NCBI GenBank assembly: GCA_963713045.1
Contig: CAVQKE010000003.1
Location: forward strand, 832,001 to 896,000
From: an uncultured delta proteobacterium
Lineage (GTDB): Bacteria > Myxococcota > Myxococcia > Myxococcales > Myxococcaceae
Direction: 5' to 3'
Length of the DNA stretch: 64,000 bases
Shown piece by piece: positions 38,677 through 48,349 of the stretch (position 1 is the first letter of the stretch; every line of letters starts with the position of its first letter). The notes under the pieces are model-generated. The model was not told where the DNA came from and searched no databases. It was given only the letters and a program-made list of their open reading frames with translations. A program made the translations under genes and the position numbers.

Positions 38677-38917
38677 GTCGGACGTCCTGGAAACCATCCG
38701 CGTGATTGCTCGCACCGAGCTCGAGCTGGAGCGCCCGGTGCACCCTGGAGATGACTTGCTGGCCGACCTTGGACTGGACAGCCTTGGCCTCACCGTCCTC
38801 GCCGTAGGGCTGGAGAACCGCTTTCGAGTCAAGTTGTCCCAGGAGGACGCGGTTGGCTTACGCACCGTCGAGGACCTCGCCAAACTGGTGGTGCGGCGCT
38901 GCGAGGCGTCGGCATGA
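38666..38917 (+). CDS. Acyl carrier protein
   Basis: DLGLDSLG phosphopantetheine site; acidic, about 83 aa. Confidence 0.9.
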   Translation: MASESDVLETIRVIARTELELERPVHPGDDLLADLGLDSLGLTVLAVGLENRFRVKLSQEDAVGLRTVEDLAKLVVRRCEASA

Positions 38918-40683
38918 GTGGCCGGTCGAGACTTGTCGGGGCACCCCAGCCTCCTCCGCGCCATGCCTCGATTCTGGAGGCACTTCGCCGGGCAGCCGAG
39001 CACCCTTCTGGCTTGACGTTTGTCGACGCCTCGGAGTCCGAGGAGACGTTGCCCTGGTCCGAAGTCCGGGCTCGGGCGCTCGCAACGGCGGGCGCCCTGC
39101 GTCGCCTCGGCGTCTGCCCGGGCGATTCGGTCGCCATCATCCTCCCCACGGCGCCAGCCTTCATGGACGCCTTCTTCGGCACCCTCCTGGCAGGCGCGGT
39201 GCCTGTTCCTCTCTATCCGCCAGTGCGGCTCGGGCGCCTGGAGGAGTACCACCGCAGCACCGCGCGAATGCTGCAGCTGTCGGGCGCCGTTCTGGTACTG
39301 ACCGACGGGCTGGTAGGGCGACTGCTCGGCCAGGCCGTGGCCGCGGCGCGGCCGCGACTTGGCTGCCATCGCGTCTCGACGCTGCGGAAGGCGGGCGAGG
39401 CACCGTTCGAGTCTTCGGTTTCCCCGGACGCGCTGGCGGCGGTGCAGTTCTCGTCTGGAAGTACCGTCGACCCGAAGCCGGTGGCCCTCAGCCACGCCAA
39501 CGTCATGGCTCAGGTGGAAACCATCCGGGCGCTGATGCCAGTGCGGGAGGGACTGCGGCCGCTCGGAGTGAGCTGGTTGCCGCTGTACCACGACATGGGC
39601 CTTATCGGTTGCCTGGTCAATGCGGTCGCCTACCCGGGCCCGCTGGTGCTGCTGCGGCCCGAGCAGTTCCTCGCGCGGCCGGCACTGTGGCTGCGGGCGC
39701 TGTCGCGGCATCGCGGCACCCTCTCCGCAGCACCCAACTTCGCCTACGCCCTGTGCGTCCGCCGCATTCGCGCAGACGAGCTTCAAGGGGTCGACCTGTC
39801 CTCCTGGGCCCTCGCCCTCAATGGGGCCGAGTCCATTTCCCCGGACGTGGCGAGGCGCTTCGTCGAGCGCTTCAGCCCCTATGGCTTCGACCCGCGAGCC
39901 CTGGTACCGGCCTACGGGCTCGCCGAGGCGTCGCTGGCAGTGACCTTTGCACCCAGCCGCGCCGCGCTGCACACGGTGTCCATTGACGCCACCGCGCTTG
40001 CCGCCGAGGGCCGGGTGCGGCCGGGCGACCGCACCCTGGTGTCCGTGGGAGGGCCGGTCCCGGGAGCGGAAGTGGAAGTGCGCGCCGAGACGGGCGAGGT
40101 CGTCGCTTGGGGTACCGTGGGCCGCATCCACGTCCGTGGGCCGTCGGTGATGGTCGGCTACCTGGGGCAACCCGAGGCGACCCGCGACGCCCTCGTCCAA
40201 GGCTGGTTGGACACCGGAGACCTCGGCTTCGTGGCGGACGGGGAGCTGGTCGTCAGCGGCCGGGCCAAGGACATCATCGTGCTCCGCGGCGCCAACCACG
40301 TCCCGCAGGAGTTTGAGGAGGCGCTGGAAGGCCTCGATGGCGTCCGTACCGGCTGTGCCGTGGCACTGGGCGCCATCCCGCCGGGTTCCGAGGGTGAGGA
40401 ACTCGTCCTCCTCGTCGAGCTCAACACCGGAGCTCCAGCGGACCTCGCAGACCGCGTCCGCACGCGGGTGCTTGAACGCACTGGCATCCGCCCTCACACC
40501 GTGGCCGTACTGACACCGGGGACGTTGCCTCGCACCTCCAGTGGGAAGCTGCGGCGAGGAGAGGCCCTCCGGCGCTGGCAGACTGGGACGCTGACGCCGC
40601 CGCGCAAAGTCCGACTTCTTGGCATGGCCGGAGCAATGGTCCGCAGTGCGGTGGCGATGGCGCGCGCCGGCCGCGATGTATGA
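38914..40683 (+). CDS. Fatty acyl-AMP ligase
   Basis: QFSSGST.DPK, SWLPLYHDMGLIG, PAYGLAE, DTGDLG, GRAKD, PRTSSGK. Confidence 0.92.
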   Translation: MSGRSRLVGAPQPPPRHASILEALRRAAEHPSGLTFVDASESEETLPWSEVRARALATAGALRRLGVCPGDSVAIILPTAPAFMDAFFGTLLAGAVPVPLYPPVRLGRLEEYHRSTARMLQLSGAVLVLTDGLVGRLLGQAVAAARPRLGCHRVSTLRKAGEAPFESSVSPDALAAVQFSSGSTVDPKPVALSHANVMAQVETIRALMPVREGLRPLGVSWLPLYHDMGLIGCLVNAVAYPGPLVLLRPEQFLARPALWLRALSRHRGTLSAAPNFAYALCVRRIRADELQGVDLSSWALALNGAESISPDVARRFVERFSPYGFDPRALVPAYGLAEASLAVTFAPSRAALHTVSIDATALAAEGRVRPGDRTLVSVGGPVPGAEVEVRAETGEVVAWGTVGRIHVRGPSVMVGYLGQPEATRDALVQGWLDTGDLGFVADGELVVSGRAKDIIVLRGANHVPQEFEEALEGLDGVRTGCAVALGAIPPGSEGEELVLLVELNTGAPADLADRVRTRVLERTGIRPHTVAVLTPGTLPRTSSGKLRRGEALRRWQTGTLTPPRKVRLLGMAGAMVRSAVAMARAGRDV

Positions 40684-41774
40684 AGGTGGACGTGGCCATC
40701 GCAGGAGCAGGGCCGGCCGGCCTTGCCGCAGCCATTCACGCCGCACGGGCCGGGCTCTCGGTCGCGCTGTTCGAGCGTGAGGAGCTGCCCCGGGACAAGG
40801 CCTGCGGCGAAGGATTGATGCCGCCCGGGCTTCAAGCGCTGGAGCGGCTCGGAGCGCGGGAGGCGCTGGACGCCTCCGACTGGGCACCCATCCGCGGCAT
40901 CCGCTACCTCCAGGAAGACGGCTCGACGCTGGAGGGGCGGCTTCCCGGTGCCGGTGGCATCGGCATCCGACGCACGGCGCTCGCACGCGTTCTCCTCGAG
41001 CGTGCTACGGCCGCGGGCGTCCGCATCTACCCACGAACCGCGGTCCGCGCACACCACCGCACCGGCACTGCGGTGGAGGTGGAGACCGACAGTGGTACTT
41101 GGGAGACGGCGGTGCTGGTGGCGGCGGACGGGCTCGCGTCTCCCTTGCGTACCGCAGAGGGACTGGACCTTCCAGCGGCCGGCCCCCGTCGCTATGGGCT
41201 GCGCCAGCACGTCCGGCTGTGTCCCTGGACGGATTTCGTGGAGGTCTACCTGACGAATGGGTTGGAGGCCTACGTCACACCTGCCGGACCAGAGCGCGTC
41301 GGGGTGGCATTTTTATGGGAGGACGGACGCGTCCCACCGCAAATCTCCTGGGCGTCCCTGATGGAGCGCGTCCCCGCGCTGGCGGCGCGGCTTCGCGGCG
41401 CGGTCAGTGACTCAAGTCCGCGTGGCGCGGGCCCACTGAGGCGTCGGGTGCGGGCGCGGGTGCGGCCGCGCTTCGTCCTTCTCGGGGACGCCGCCGGCTA
41501 CGTCGATGCCATCACCGGCGAAGGGCTTTCTCTCGCCTTGGTGTGTGCCGAGGCACTCGGTGCATGCCTACCAGATGTCATCTCCCGGGCAGGCGAGCCG
41601 GCCGCCTTTCGTCCCTACCTGGTGACGTGGCAACGTGAGTACCGACGCTACGCGCTGGTCGCGGAGACTGTCCTCTCCCTCGCTCGACACCCCAACATCC
41701 GCCGCCCCGTCTTCGCGACCCTGGCGTTGAGGCCTGAACTCTTTTCCTGGCTGCTGGCCCACACCGTGGCCTGA
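40680..41774 (+). CDS. FAD-dependent oxidoreductase/monooxygenase (SrsC-like)
   Basis: GAGPAG, DKACGEGL, AADG, GDAAGYVDAITGEG. Confidence 0.9.
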   Translation: MKVDVAIAGAGPAGLAAAIHAARAGLSVALFEREELPRDKACGEGLMPPGLQALERLGAREALDASDWAPIRGIRYLQEDGSTLEGRLPGAGGIGIRRTALARVLLERATAAGVRIYPRTAVRAHHRTGTAVEVETDSGTWETAVLVAADGLASPLRTAEGLDLPAAGPRRYGLRQHVRLCPWTDFVEVYLTNGLEAYVTPAGPERVGVAFLWEDGRVPPQISWASLMERVPALAARLRGAVSDSSPRGAGPLRRRVRARVRPRFVLLGDAAGYVDAITGEGLSLALVCAEALGACLPDVISRAGEPAAFRPYLVTWQREYRRYALVAETVLSLARHPNIRRPVFATLALRPELFSWLLAHTVA

Positions 41775-41923
41775 CGCTTCGGTCACGGTGGGGTGCAGTC
41801 CGCTACCACCCTAGACGCTGCCCGGCGCCCTTCCCGACGGAGGGTGGGCATCGGAGACACGTCGTCCGAAGACGGGCCGAGCTGTCATTGGCGTTCGGCA
41901 GTGCCTAGCTCTTATTGGACGCG

Positions 41924-43039
41924 ATGCGAAAGTCCTGGCCGTCGACCGCTCTGGCGGTCCTGCGTCGAGTTCGCTGGTGGCAGTGGACACTCGCCGTTCT
42001 GGGCGTTCTCTGCCTCACCGTCTTCTTGGTACGCCAGCCCCTCACCCGCTACGCGACGCACCGCGCGCTGAAATCCATTCCCGGGTGGGAGGCTGACGCC
42101 TCCGACGCGCACCTTTCCTTCTTCCCACTTAGCTACACCGTGAGCCGGTTGCACCTCGTGCCCGACGACAAGAGCTTGCCCATCTTCTACGTCGAACGGT
42201 TGGACACGGGTGTCTTCTGGGGTGACCTTCTCCGTGGGCGCGTCAACGCTTGGGCCAATCTCGACCACGTAAAAATGACGTTCTTCATCATCCCCATCCA
42301 CATTCCGGACTTGGCGGCCATTCTTCAAAAAACCATGCCGCTGGCCGTCGAGAGAATGCAGTGCAAGGGCGGGGAGATTACCGTGGCATTTCGTCACACG
42401 CGAAGCGATGACCCCCAGAAACCCGAAGGGGACGGGCCTCAGCTCTGGTTTCATGACCTAGAGGCCACCGTGGAGGGCCTCGCCACCAGGCCCGAGCTGG
42501 AGCCGCATGCGACAACGCTGGCACTGCGAGCGACCATGGCGCGCACCGGAAAGCTGTCGGCCTTTGTTACTGTCGACCTCCTGACGCCAGGCGCCATCAC
42601 CTTTGCCGGGCAACTCGGGCTCGTCCAGCTGAATTTGGCGGACCTGGACTCCGTGCTCGGGCCTGCTGGCTTGAAGTTGGCCGGCTCGTTCGACTTGAAG
42701 GCGCGCTTCGCGGTTGACCACGGCAAGTTGACCGGCGCGCTGGAGCCCGTCCTGAAGCGTGGCCGGGTGGAGTCCCTCGGTGGCGACTTGGGGAAGAAGC
42801 TGGAGCTCGCGTTGGCCGATGAAGGCATCCAGTTGCTCTCGGACCGGGTACCCGAGCGAAACGCTCTGGTCACCATCGTTCCTTTGCACGGGACCCTCAA
42901 CCGCCCGAAGCTCGACGTCTGGGCGGCCGTCTCGGGCGTCCTCCGGAATGCCTTCGTGGTGGGCCTGTCGGAAGCCCTTCAGCAGCTGCCCACCCCAAAC
43001 CCTGAAACAAAGACCGCCTCGAGCGCGGCACAACGGTAA
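41924..43039 (+). CDS. AsmA-like/DUF748-type bridge protein
   Basis: N-terminal TM, beta-rich body, C-terminal GTLNRP...VLRNAFV pattern. Confidence 0.65.
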   Translation: MRKSWPSTALAVLRRVRWWQWTLAVLGVLCLTVFLVRQPLTRYATHRALKSIPGWEADASDAHLSFFPLSYTVSRLHLVPDDKSLPIFYVERLDTGVFWGDLLRGRVNAWANLDHVKMTFFIIPIHIPDLAAILQKTMPLAVERMQCKGGEITVAFRHTRSDDPQKPEGDGPQLWFHDLEATVEGLATRPELEPHATTLALRATMARTGKLSAFVTVDLLTPGAITFAGQLGLVQLNLADLDSVLGPAGLKLAGSFDLKARFAVDHGKLTGALEPVLKRGRVESLGGDLGKKLELALADEGIQLLSDRVPERNALVTIVPLHGTLNRPKLDVWAAVSGVLRNAFVVGLSEALQQLPTPNPETKTASSAAQR

Positions 43040-43043
43040 AGGC

Positions 43044-43445
43044 ATGCGCTACCCCCTCACCCTCCTGTTGGGGCTTCTCTTGGCCTGCTCCCACGCTGAG
43101 ACCGTGGCCACGCCTGCCACGCCCAGTCCTCCGGATGCGCCCACCCGCCTTCCCAGTGCACGGACGCTCACGCCGCCCAGTGAACCGGGGCACCCTCCCC
43201 TGGCCGCTTCCCCGGCGCAGCTCATGGCACCGGACTCGGCCGACGCAATTGCGGACACCCTTCGCAAGCGGGGGCTGCTCTCCTCGGACGCCGGGAGCAA
43301 GGACTTGGAGGCAGCTCTGCGTCGCTTCCAGGACTCGCAGGGGCTCGCGGCCACCGGCTTTCCCGACCACGAAACGCTGCGGAAGCTCGGCATCGACCCA
43401 CGCGCCGTGGACACAACCGCCGCAAAGCCTGACGCGGGCAAGTGA
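43044..43445 (+). CDS. Peptidoglycan-binding-domain lipoprotein
   Basis: LLLAC lipobox; ALRRFQDSQGLAATGFPDHETLRKLG. Confidence 0.85.
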   Translation: MRYPLTLLLGLLLACSHAETVATPATPSPPDAPTRLPSARTLTPPSEPGHPPLAASPAQLMAPDSADAIADTLRKRGLLSSDAGSKDLEAALRRFQDSQGLAATGFPDHETLRKLGIDPRAVDTTAAKPDAGK

Positions 43446-43464
43446 GGCTTGAAGCCCCTCACCT

Positions 43465-45258
43465 TCAAAACCCCGGCGGTCGCTCCCCGGCCACCGCCAG
43501 CACCCGCTCCAACGCCATGCCCGCGCGGCCGAGCGTTCCCTCGTCGAAGAGCCGTCCCACCAGCGTCACCCCCTGGGGGACCCGGTGCTTCTCTGGAAGC
43601 GCGGGCCACTGCTGTCCCGGCGGCGGCAGCCAATCGCTGCGGATGCGGTCAACCTCGATGAAGCCGGCCCTGAGCGTGAGTGAAGGGTGGCCGGTGCAGT
43701 TGGTGCTGATGAGGGTTTCGTCCCGGAGGTAGGGCACCAGCAGCACGTCCACCGTGGTCAGCAGCTGATTCATGGCCACCGCCGCTTGTCGGCGCAGCCG
43801 CTCCGCCTGGACCAAGTCCACCGCCGAGAGAAAGCGCGCCTGGCGAAACAGATTGGGCCAGGCGTCGGAAACTTGCATCTTCAGCTCGTCGGCCTGGTGC
43901 GAGAGGGTCAGCTCCTCAAAGGACGCGGCGGCTTCCGCGAACAGGATGGTATTGAGCGCAAAGTACGGAAGCGTCGGGACGTCGACTGGAACGGGCGTCA
44001 TCCCGGCCGCCTTCACCGCCTCGATGACCGCCTTGTCCACCGGCAGGGACTGCTTGTCGAAGTCGTTGGCGGGCTTGTCGAGCCAAGCCGGCACATAGCC
44101 AACGCGAAGCTGAGAGACGGACTGTGCCGCGTCAAACTCGAGGTGGCTCGGCACACAGCTCAGGTCCTTCCCGTCGGGTCCGGTAATTGCGGCCAGCACC
44201 ATCAGCGTGTCCTCCACACGGCGCGCGATGGCCCCCAGCTTGTCCAAGGACCAGCACAGCGTCATGGCGCCGGTACGAGGAACCCGTCCAAACGTCGGTC
44301 GGAGCCCAGTCACACCACAGCGTGAGGAGGGCGAGACGATGCTGCCTCCCGTCTCGCTTCCAATCGCGAAGCTGACCAGCCCGGCCGCAGTGGCCGCCGC
44401 CGAGCCCGCGCTCGAGCCACTCGAACCCTCGGCCAGAAACCAGGGGTTTTTCGTCTCCCCACCGAACCAAATGTCGTTGAGCGCCAGCGCTCCCAGCGAC
44501 AGCTTGGCCACCAGGACGGCCCCTGCCGCGTGCAGGCGCTCCACCACCGTCCCGTCCGTCGGAGGGACCCGGTTTCGAAATGGCTCGGCGCCCCAGGTGG
44601 TGCGGATGCCCGCCGTATCGAGGAGGTCCTTCACACCCCAAGGGAGGCCATGCAGAGGACCGCGCCATTTGCCTTGGGCGATTTCCTGGTCCGCCCTGAG
44701 GGCTTGCGCTCGCGCCAGCTCGGGCGTGAGGGTAATGACGCATTCCAGCGTTGGGCCGAAGCGTTGCAACCGCTCCAAGTACAGCTCGGTCAGCCGCGCC
44801 GAGGAGATTTTACGAGTCCGAATCCACTCGGAGAGGGCCGTCAAGGGGGCGTAGGCAATGTCCGCGTCGTTGGAAGGCAGCGGCCCACCCCAGCGCGAGA
44901 ATGACGTCCGACTGCGCGAGGGGCCCCGCGGCGCGCCGGGAAGGCGCGGGTCCCAGACACAGCCCGGAACGACGGCACCGGCGGGGTGGTAGGCGCGCCG
45001 GTCCCTGAGTAACGCGCCAAAATTCACGCCCCACGAGGAAGCAGCCTGCGCTCGGTGGTCGGCCGAATACGTCACTTTTGCCAGCTTCTCGGCCTCGGCG
45101 ATGGTGACCGGCGTGATGACTGACGTCGGCGGCGGCCCGGACGCCACCGGTGGTCCAGCGTCCGCCGCCAGGGCGGCGCCCGAAGCGCGACGGGCCACGG
45201 CCGCGCCTGCAAGCAGCGCCGTCCCAGCGAGGAATTTGCGTCTTGAGCGTCGCGCCAT
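43465..45258 (-). CDS. Amidase-signature family enzyme with Tat signal
   Basis: SRRKFL twin-arginine motif; GVKDL, GSSGSSAGS, GSETGGSI. Confidence 0.9.
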   Translation of the reverse strand: MARRSRRKFLAGTALLAGAAVARRASGAALAADAGPPVASGPPPTSVITPVTIAEAEKLAKVTYSADHRAQAASSWGVNFGALLRDRRAYHPAGAVVPGCVWDPRLPGAPRGPSRSRTSFSRWGGPLPSNDADIAYAPLTALSEWIRTRKISSARLTELYLERLQRFGPTLECVITLTPELARAQALRADQEIAQGKWRGPLHGLPWGVKDLLDTAGIRTTWGAEPFRNRVPPTDGTVVERLHAAGAVLVAKLSLGALALNDIWFGGETKNPWFLAEGSSGSSAGSAAATAAGLVSFAIGSETGGSIVSPSSRCGVTGLRPTFGRVPRTGAMTLCWSLDKLGAIARRVEDTLMVLAAITGPDGKDLSCVPSHLEFDAAQSVSQLRVGYVPAWLDKPANDFDKQSLPVDKAVIEAVKAAGMTPVPVDVPTLPYFALNTILFAEAAASFEELTLSHQADELKMQVSDAWPNLFRQARFLSAVDLVQAERLRRQAAVAMNQLLTTVDVLLVPYLRDETLISTNCTGHPSLTLRAGFIEVDRIRSDWLPPPGQQWPALPEKHRVPQGVTLVGRLFDEGTLGRAGMALERVLAVAGERPPGF

Positions 45259-45304
45259 GCCGGGGTGCTCCCGTCTGAGCAAAGGGGCAGCCGACTCTAG
45301 TTCG

Positions 45305-48300
45305 TCAGAAGAGACCAACGGCGAACTGAATGGCAGCGAGCTGCTCGTTCAAGGATGCGTCCGGCGCGAGGTTGAACCCCAGGTCCAGAGCCAATGGCCC
45401 GATGGGCGTCGCGTAGCGCAAGCCAATTCCCGCGACGGGGCGAAGGACGAGGGGACGGAATTGGCTCGGGTCTAACCACAGGTTTCCCGCCTCGAAGAAG
45501 ATGCCGAGGTCGAAACCGAAAATTCCGGGGAAGCGCAATTCCGACTTGAAGAGGGTGAAGAGCAGACCTCCATCACTGGGGACTTGCCGGCCTTCATTGA
45601 GGACAATGCCGGCTGGCGTGCAGCCGCCCGCCCAAACCAATGCCGCACAAGCGTTGCGCTGAGCTGCGTACAGTTGATGTTCATCCTGCGGGATGACGCC
45701 GTCCTCGGGGAAGCCGCGCAGCGTGGTCACCCCACCGAGGTAAAAGCGCTCCGGGGCGATGACTTGTCCGCCCTTGACGAGATTAAAAATCTCGCCCGCA
45801 CGGACCGATAGAGCGAGCACAACCCGGTCTCCTATCGGCACGTAGCCGGTAATTCCCCCCGACATTTTCCACGTGAAAATGCGAGTCGGTTGGGGGTTGT
45901 TCCCCAGCACATCGGTGCTCTCGGCGCTGAGGTCTTTGGTCAACTCTCCCACGGTGGTGATGAGCAAGCCGCGATGGGGGTTCACCGGGTTGTCCCGGAA
46001 GTCGAAGGTGAAGCCAGGGCTGAGCGTTTGAAGAACGTAGTTTCCGGTGGGGAATCGAACGTTGGAGATGTCCGTGGAGGTGGTGGCCAGCAGCGCAGAT
46101 ACCGTGTCGTAGACGCGCACCAAGACGCCCTCGAGAGTGTACTGCCCGGTGAAGCTGAGCCACGAGTTCAGCTGCCACACCATTCCGGCGATGCCTGCAA
46201 CCCGGCTAAAGAAGTAGGAAGGGCGGTGCACTCGCTCGGCAACGAATGTCAGCCGACCACTGATTTCCTGGGGCAAGAGCCAGGGGATGCGCGCCTGGGA
46301 GAAGGTCGCGTTGAAGTTGAAGTCGATGCCGTTCAGCCCCTGCAGCTGCGATGCCGGAGTGAATTGCTGCAGTGGTAGGAGGCTCCAGCCAACGTAGTTA
46401 ATCTTGCCGCGAGCCGTGAAGTTGATGGCCTCGCCAAAGATGTTTGGATAAACGAGGTCCCCCACCACGCGGGGGCCATCGTAGGTTGAGTAGCCGAAGC
46501 CCCCCGAGCCGGACAACGTCGGACGTTCGCGGGCTTCAATCAAAACGTCCTTCACCGACTCTTCAGCATCCGGGCTGAGGAGCGTCACCGAAACCTGGCG
46601 GAAGATTCCCAAGGCCAACAGGTTGGCCTGGCTGGCGTAGAGTTCCTCGGGGTCGAGCGGCTGGCCCGGTCGAACGACGAGATTCTGTCGAACCAGTTTT
46701 TCGTCGGTGCGCTGTAACCCGCGGATGACCACCTGACCGACCCGCACCGGAGGGCCGGGTTGGGCTTTGACCACCACCCGAGCGGCGCGGCCCTCCTCCA
46801 CTAGGCCAGGCACAATGTCGACCCGTGCAAACAGGTAGCTGGCTCGGCCAAGCAGCCGAAGAAGCTCGAGCCGCATCAGTTCCATCGTTCGTAGTGAGAG
46901 CGGCTCGCCGGGCTTCAACCCGCCAAGCGGCGGCAGGGTGAAACCCTCCGGAAGTCCCTCGAAGCTGACGGATTGGATTCGAGTCTGGACACCTTCCTCA
47001 ACACGAAAACGGACCTGAGCCAGGTGCCGCCTCCCGTCCCAGTCCAGGAGTGTGAGTTGAACCCGGGCCGCGAGAAAGCCCTCGTCGCGGTAGGTCGCCT
47101 GCAGCGCATCGGCACTGGCCCGGTACGCTTCCTCGACAAAAACCTGAAGCGGGGTGAGGTCTGGCGGAGGTTCGAGCTCTCCCCTCTCGAACCGCGAATC
47201 GCTGGGGTCGATGGTCAACCGCGCGTCGCCAGGCAGGGAGGGCATGTGCGCCTCGATGACCTCGGCGAGCACCGTGCGGAGTTGGGTGGTGGACAGCGCC
47301 TGCGCACCGTCGAAGGCGATGGCCGTCACCCGGAGTACCGGTCCCTCGTCGACGGCGAACACCACGACCGTGGCGCCACTCTGCGGGTCGGTCACCTCGC
47401 TGGGCGCGACCTGGACGTCGGCGAAGCCCCGGTACTGGTAAAATGTTTCCAAGCGGCGTGCGAGGCGGTCCTCCACCGAGCGATCGAGCGTCTCGGTCGG
47501 GTCGTAATCCAGTACATCGAGGAGCTGTCGGGAGGCAAAGCGCCGATTCCCCCGGACAGCGAAGGTGAGCACCGGTCCGGCGTCTACCGGGACATTGACC
47601 ACCGCACCGCTGAGTCCTTGTTCCACACTGGGGTTGCCCACCCGCGCGCGAAAGTGGCGCGTCTCACGGTACAGGGCCCGCAGCCGGTCAATGCCCTTCT
47701 CCAGGGCGGTTTGGTCGAGAATGGTTCCACTCGGCAACCCGAAAGCGTCCCGCAACCCCTGCTCGGAAAGCCCCGGGGTTCCCAAAAAATGCACCTCCGC
47801 GACACGGGTCGGCGAACCCTCGGAAATGGCCAACCCGATGTCCACCTGCGCGCCATTGCGGCCGACCGTGACGGTAACCTGCGCTTGTTTCCAGCCCCGC
47901 CGGGCATAGGCCTGAAGGATGCCGGCCTTTGCCTCCTCCAGCTTCTCGTTGAAGAAGTCACTCCCCTCGGTCAACCGCGCTGCGGTGAGGATTTCTCCCC
48001 GAGAGAGAACCTGGTTTCCGGTCACCACCACCAAGTGGATTTTGGCCACCGGTGAGCAGTCGAATTGCACCACCACGCCGTCCCCGTCGGGATGCGTCCG
48101 TACCACCACGTCGGCGAAGCGACCGGTGGCAAACAGCAATTCGATGCTGCGCCGCACCGCTTGCAAATCCAGCGGCTGCCCCGCCTGCACCACCACCAGC
48201 GGGTGATATTCCGCCACCGGCATCCCCTCGGGGAGGTGCAACACGACCGAGGTGACCGTCGGCCGAGGCAGAGCGCCCACCTGCGCCGCTCGGGCGCTCC

Positions 48301-48349
48301 CGCGCCCAGCGACCAGGAGCAACAGGGCGAGCGTTACTCGACTTCCCAA
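45305..48349 (-). CDS. tamA: Omp85-family outer membrane protein with multiple POTRA domains (TamA/BamA-like)
   Basis: POTRA repeats, LRGF, GIGLRYATPIGPL, C-terminal Phe; overlaps tamB. Start approximate. Confidence 0.82.
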   Translation of the reverse strand: MGSRVTLALLLLVAGRGSARAAQVGALPRPTVTSVVLHLPEGMPVAEYHPLVVVQAGQPLDLQAVRRSIELLFATGRFADVVVRTHPDGDGVVVQFDCSPVAKIHLVVVTGNQVLSRGEILTAARLTEGSDFFNEKLEEAKAGILQAYARRGWKQAQVTVTVGRNGAQVDIGLAISEGSPTRVAEVHFLGTPGLSEQGLRDAFGLPSGTILDQTALEKGIDRLRALYRETRHFRARVGNPSVEQGLSGAVVNVPVDAGPVLTFAVRGNRRFASRQLLDVLDYDPTETLDRSVEDRLARRLETFYQYRGFADVQVAPSEVTDPQSGATVVVFAVDEGPVLRVTAIAFDGAQALSTTQLRTVLAEVIEAHMPSLPGDARLTIDPSDSRFERGELEPPPDLTPLQVFVEEAYRASADALQATYRDEGFLAARVQLTLLDWDGRRHLAQVRFRVEEGVQTRIQSVSFEGLPEGFTLPPLGGLKPGEPLSLRTMELMRLELLRLLGRASYLFARVDIVPGLVEEGRAARVVVKAQPGPPVRVGQVVIRGLQRTDEKLVRQNLVVRPGQPLDPEELYASQANLLALGIFRQVSVTLLSPDAEESVKDVLIEARERPTLSGSGGFGYSTYDGPRVVGDLVYPNIFGEAINFTARGKINYVGWSLLPLQQFTPASQLQGLNGIDFNFNATFSQARIPWLLPQEISGRLTFVAERVHRPSYFFSRVAGIAGMVWQLNSWLSFTGQYTLEGVLVRVYDTVSALLATTSTDISNVRFPTGNYVLQTLSPGFTFDFRDNPVNPHRGLLITTVGELTKDLSAESTDVLGNNPQPTRIFTWKMSGGITGYVPIGDRVVLALSVRAGEIFNLVKGGQVIAPERFYLGGVTTLRGFPEDGVIPQDEHQLYAAQRNACAALVWAGGCTPAGIVLNEGRQVPSDGGLLFTLFKSELRFPGIFGFDLGIFFEAGNLWLDPSQFRPLVLRPVAGIGLRYATPIGPLALDLGFNLAPDASLNEQLAAIQFAVGLF

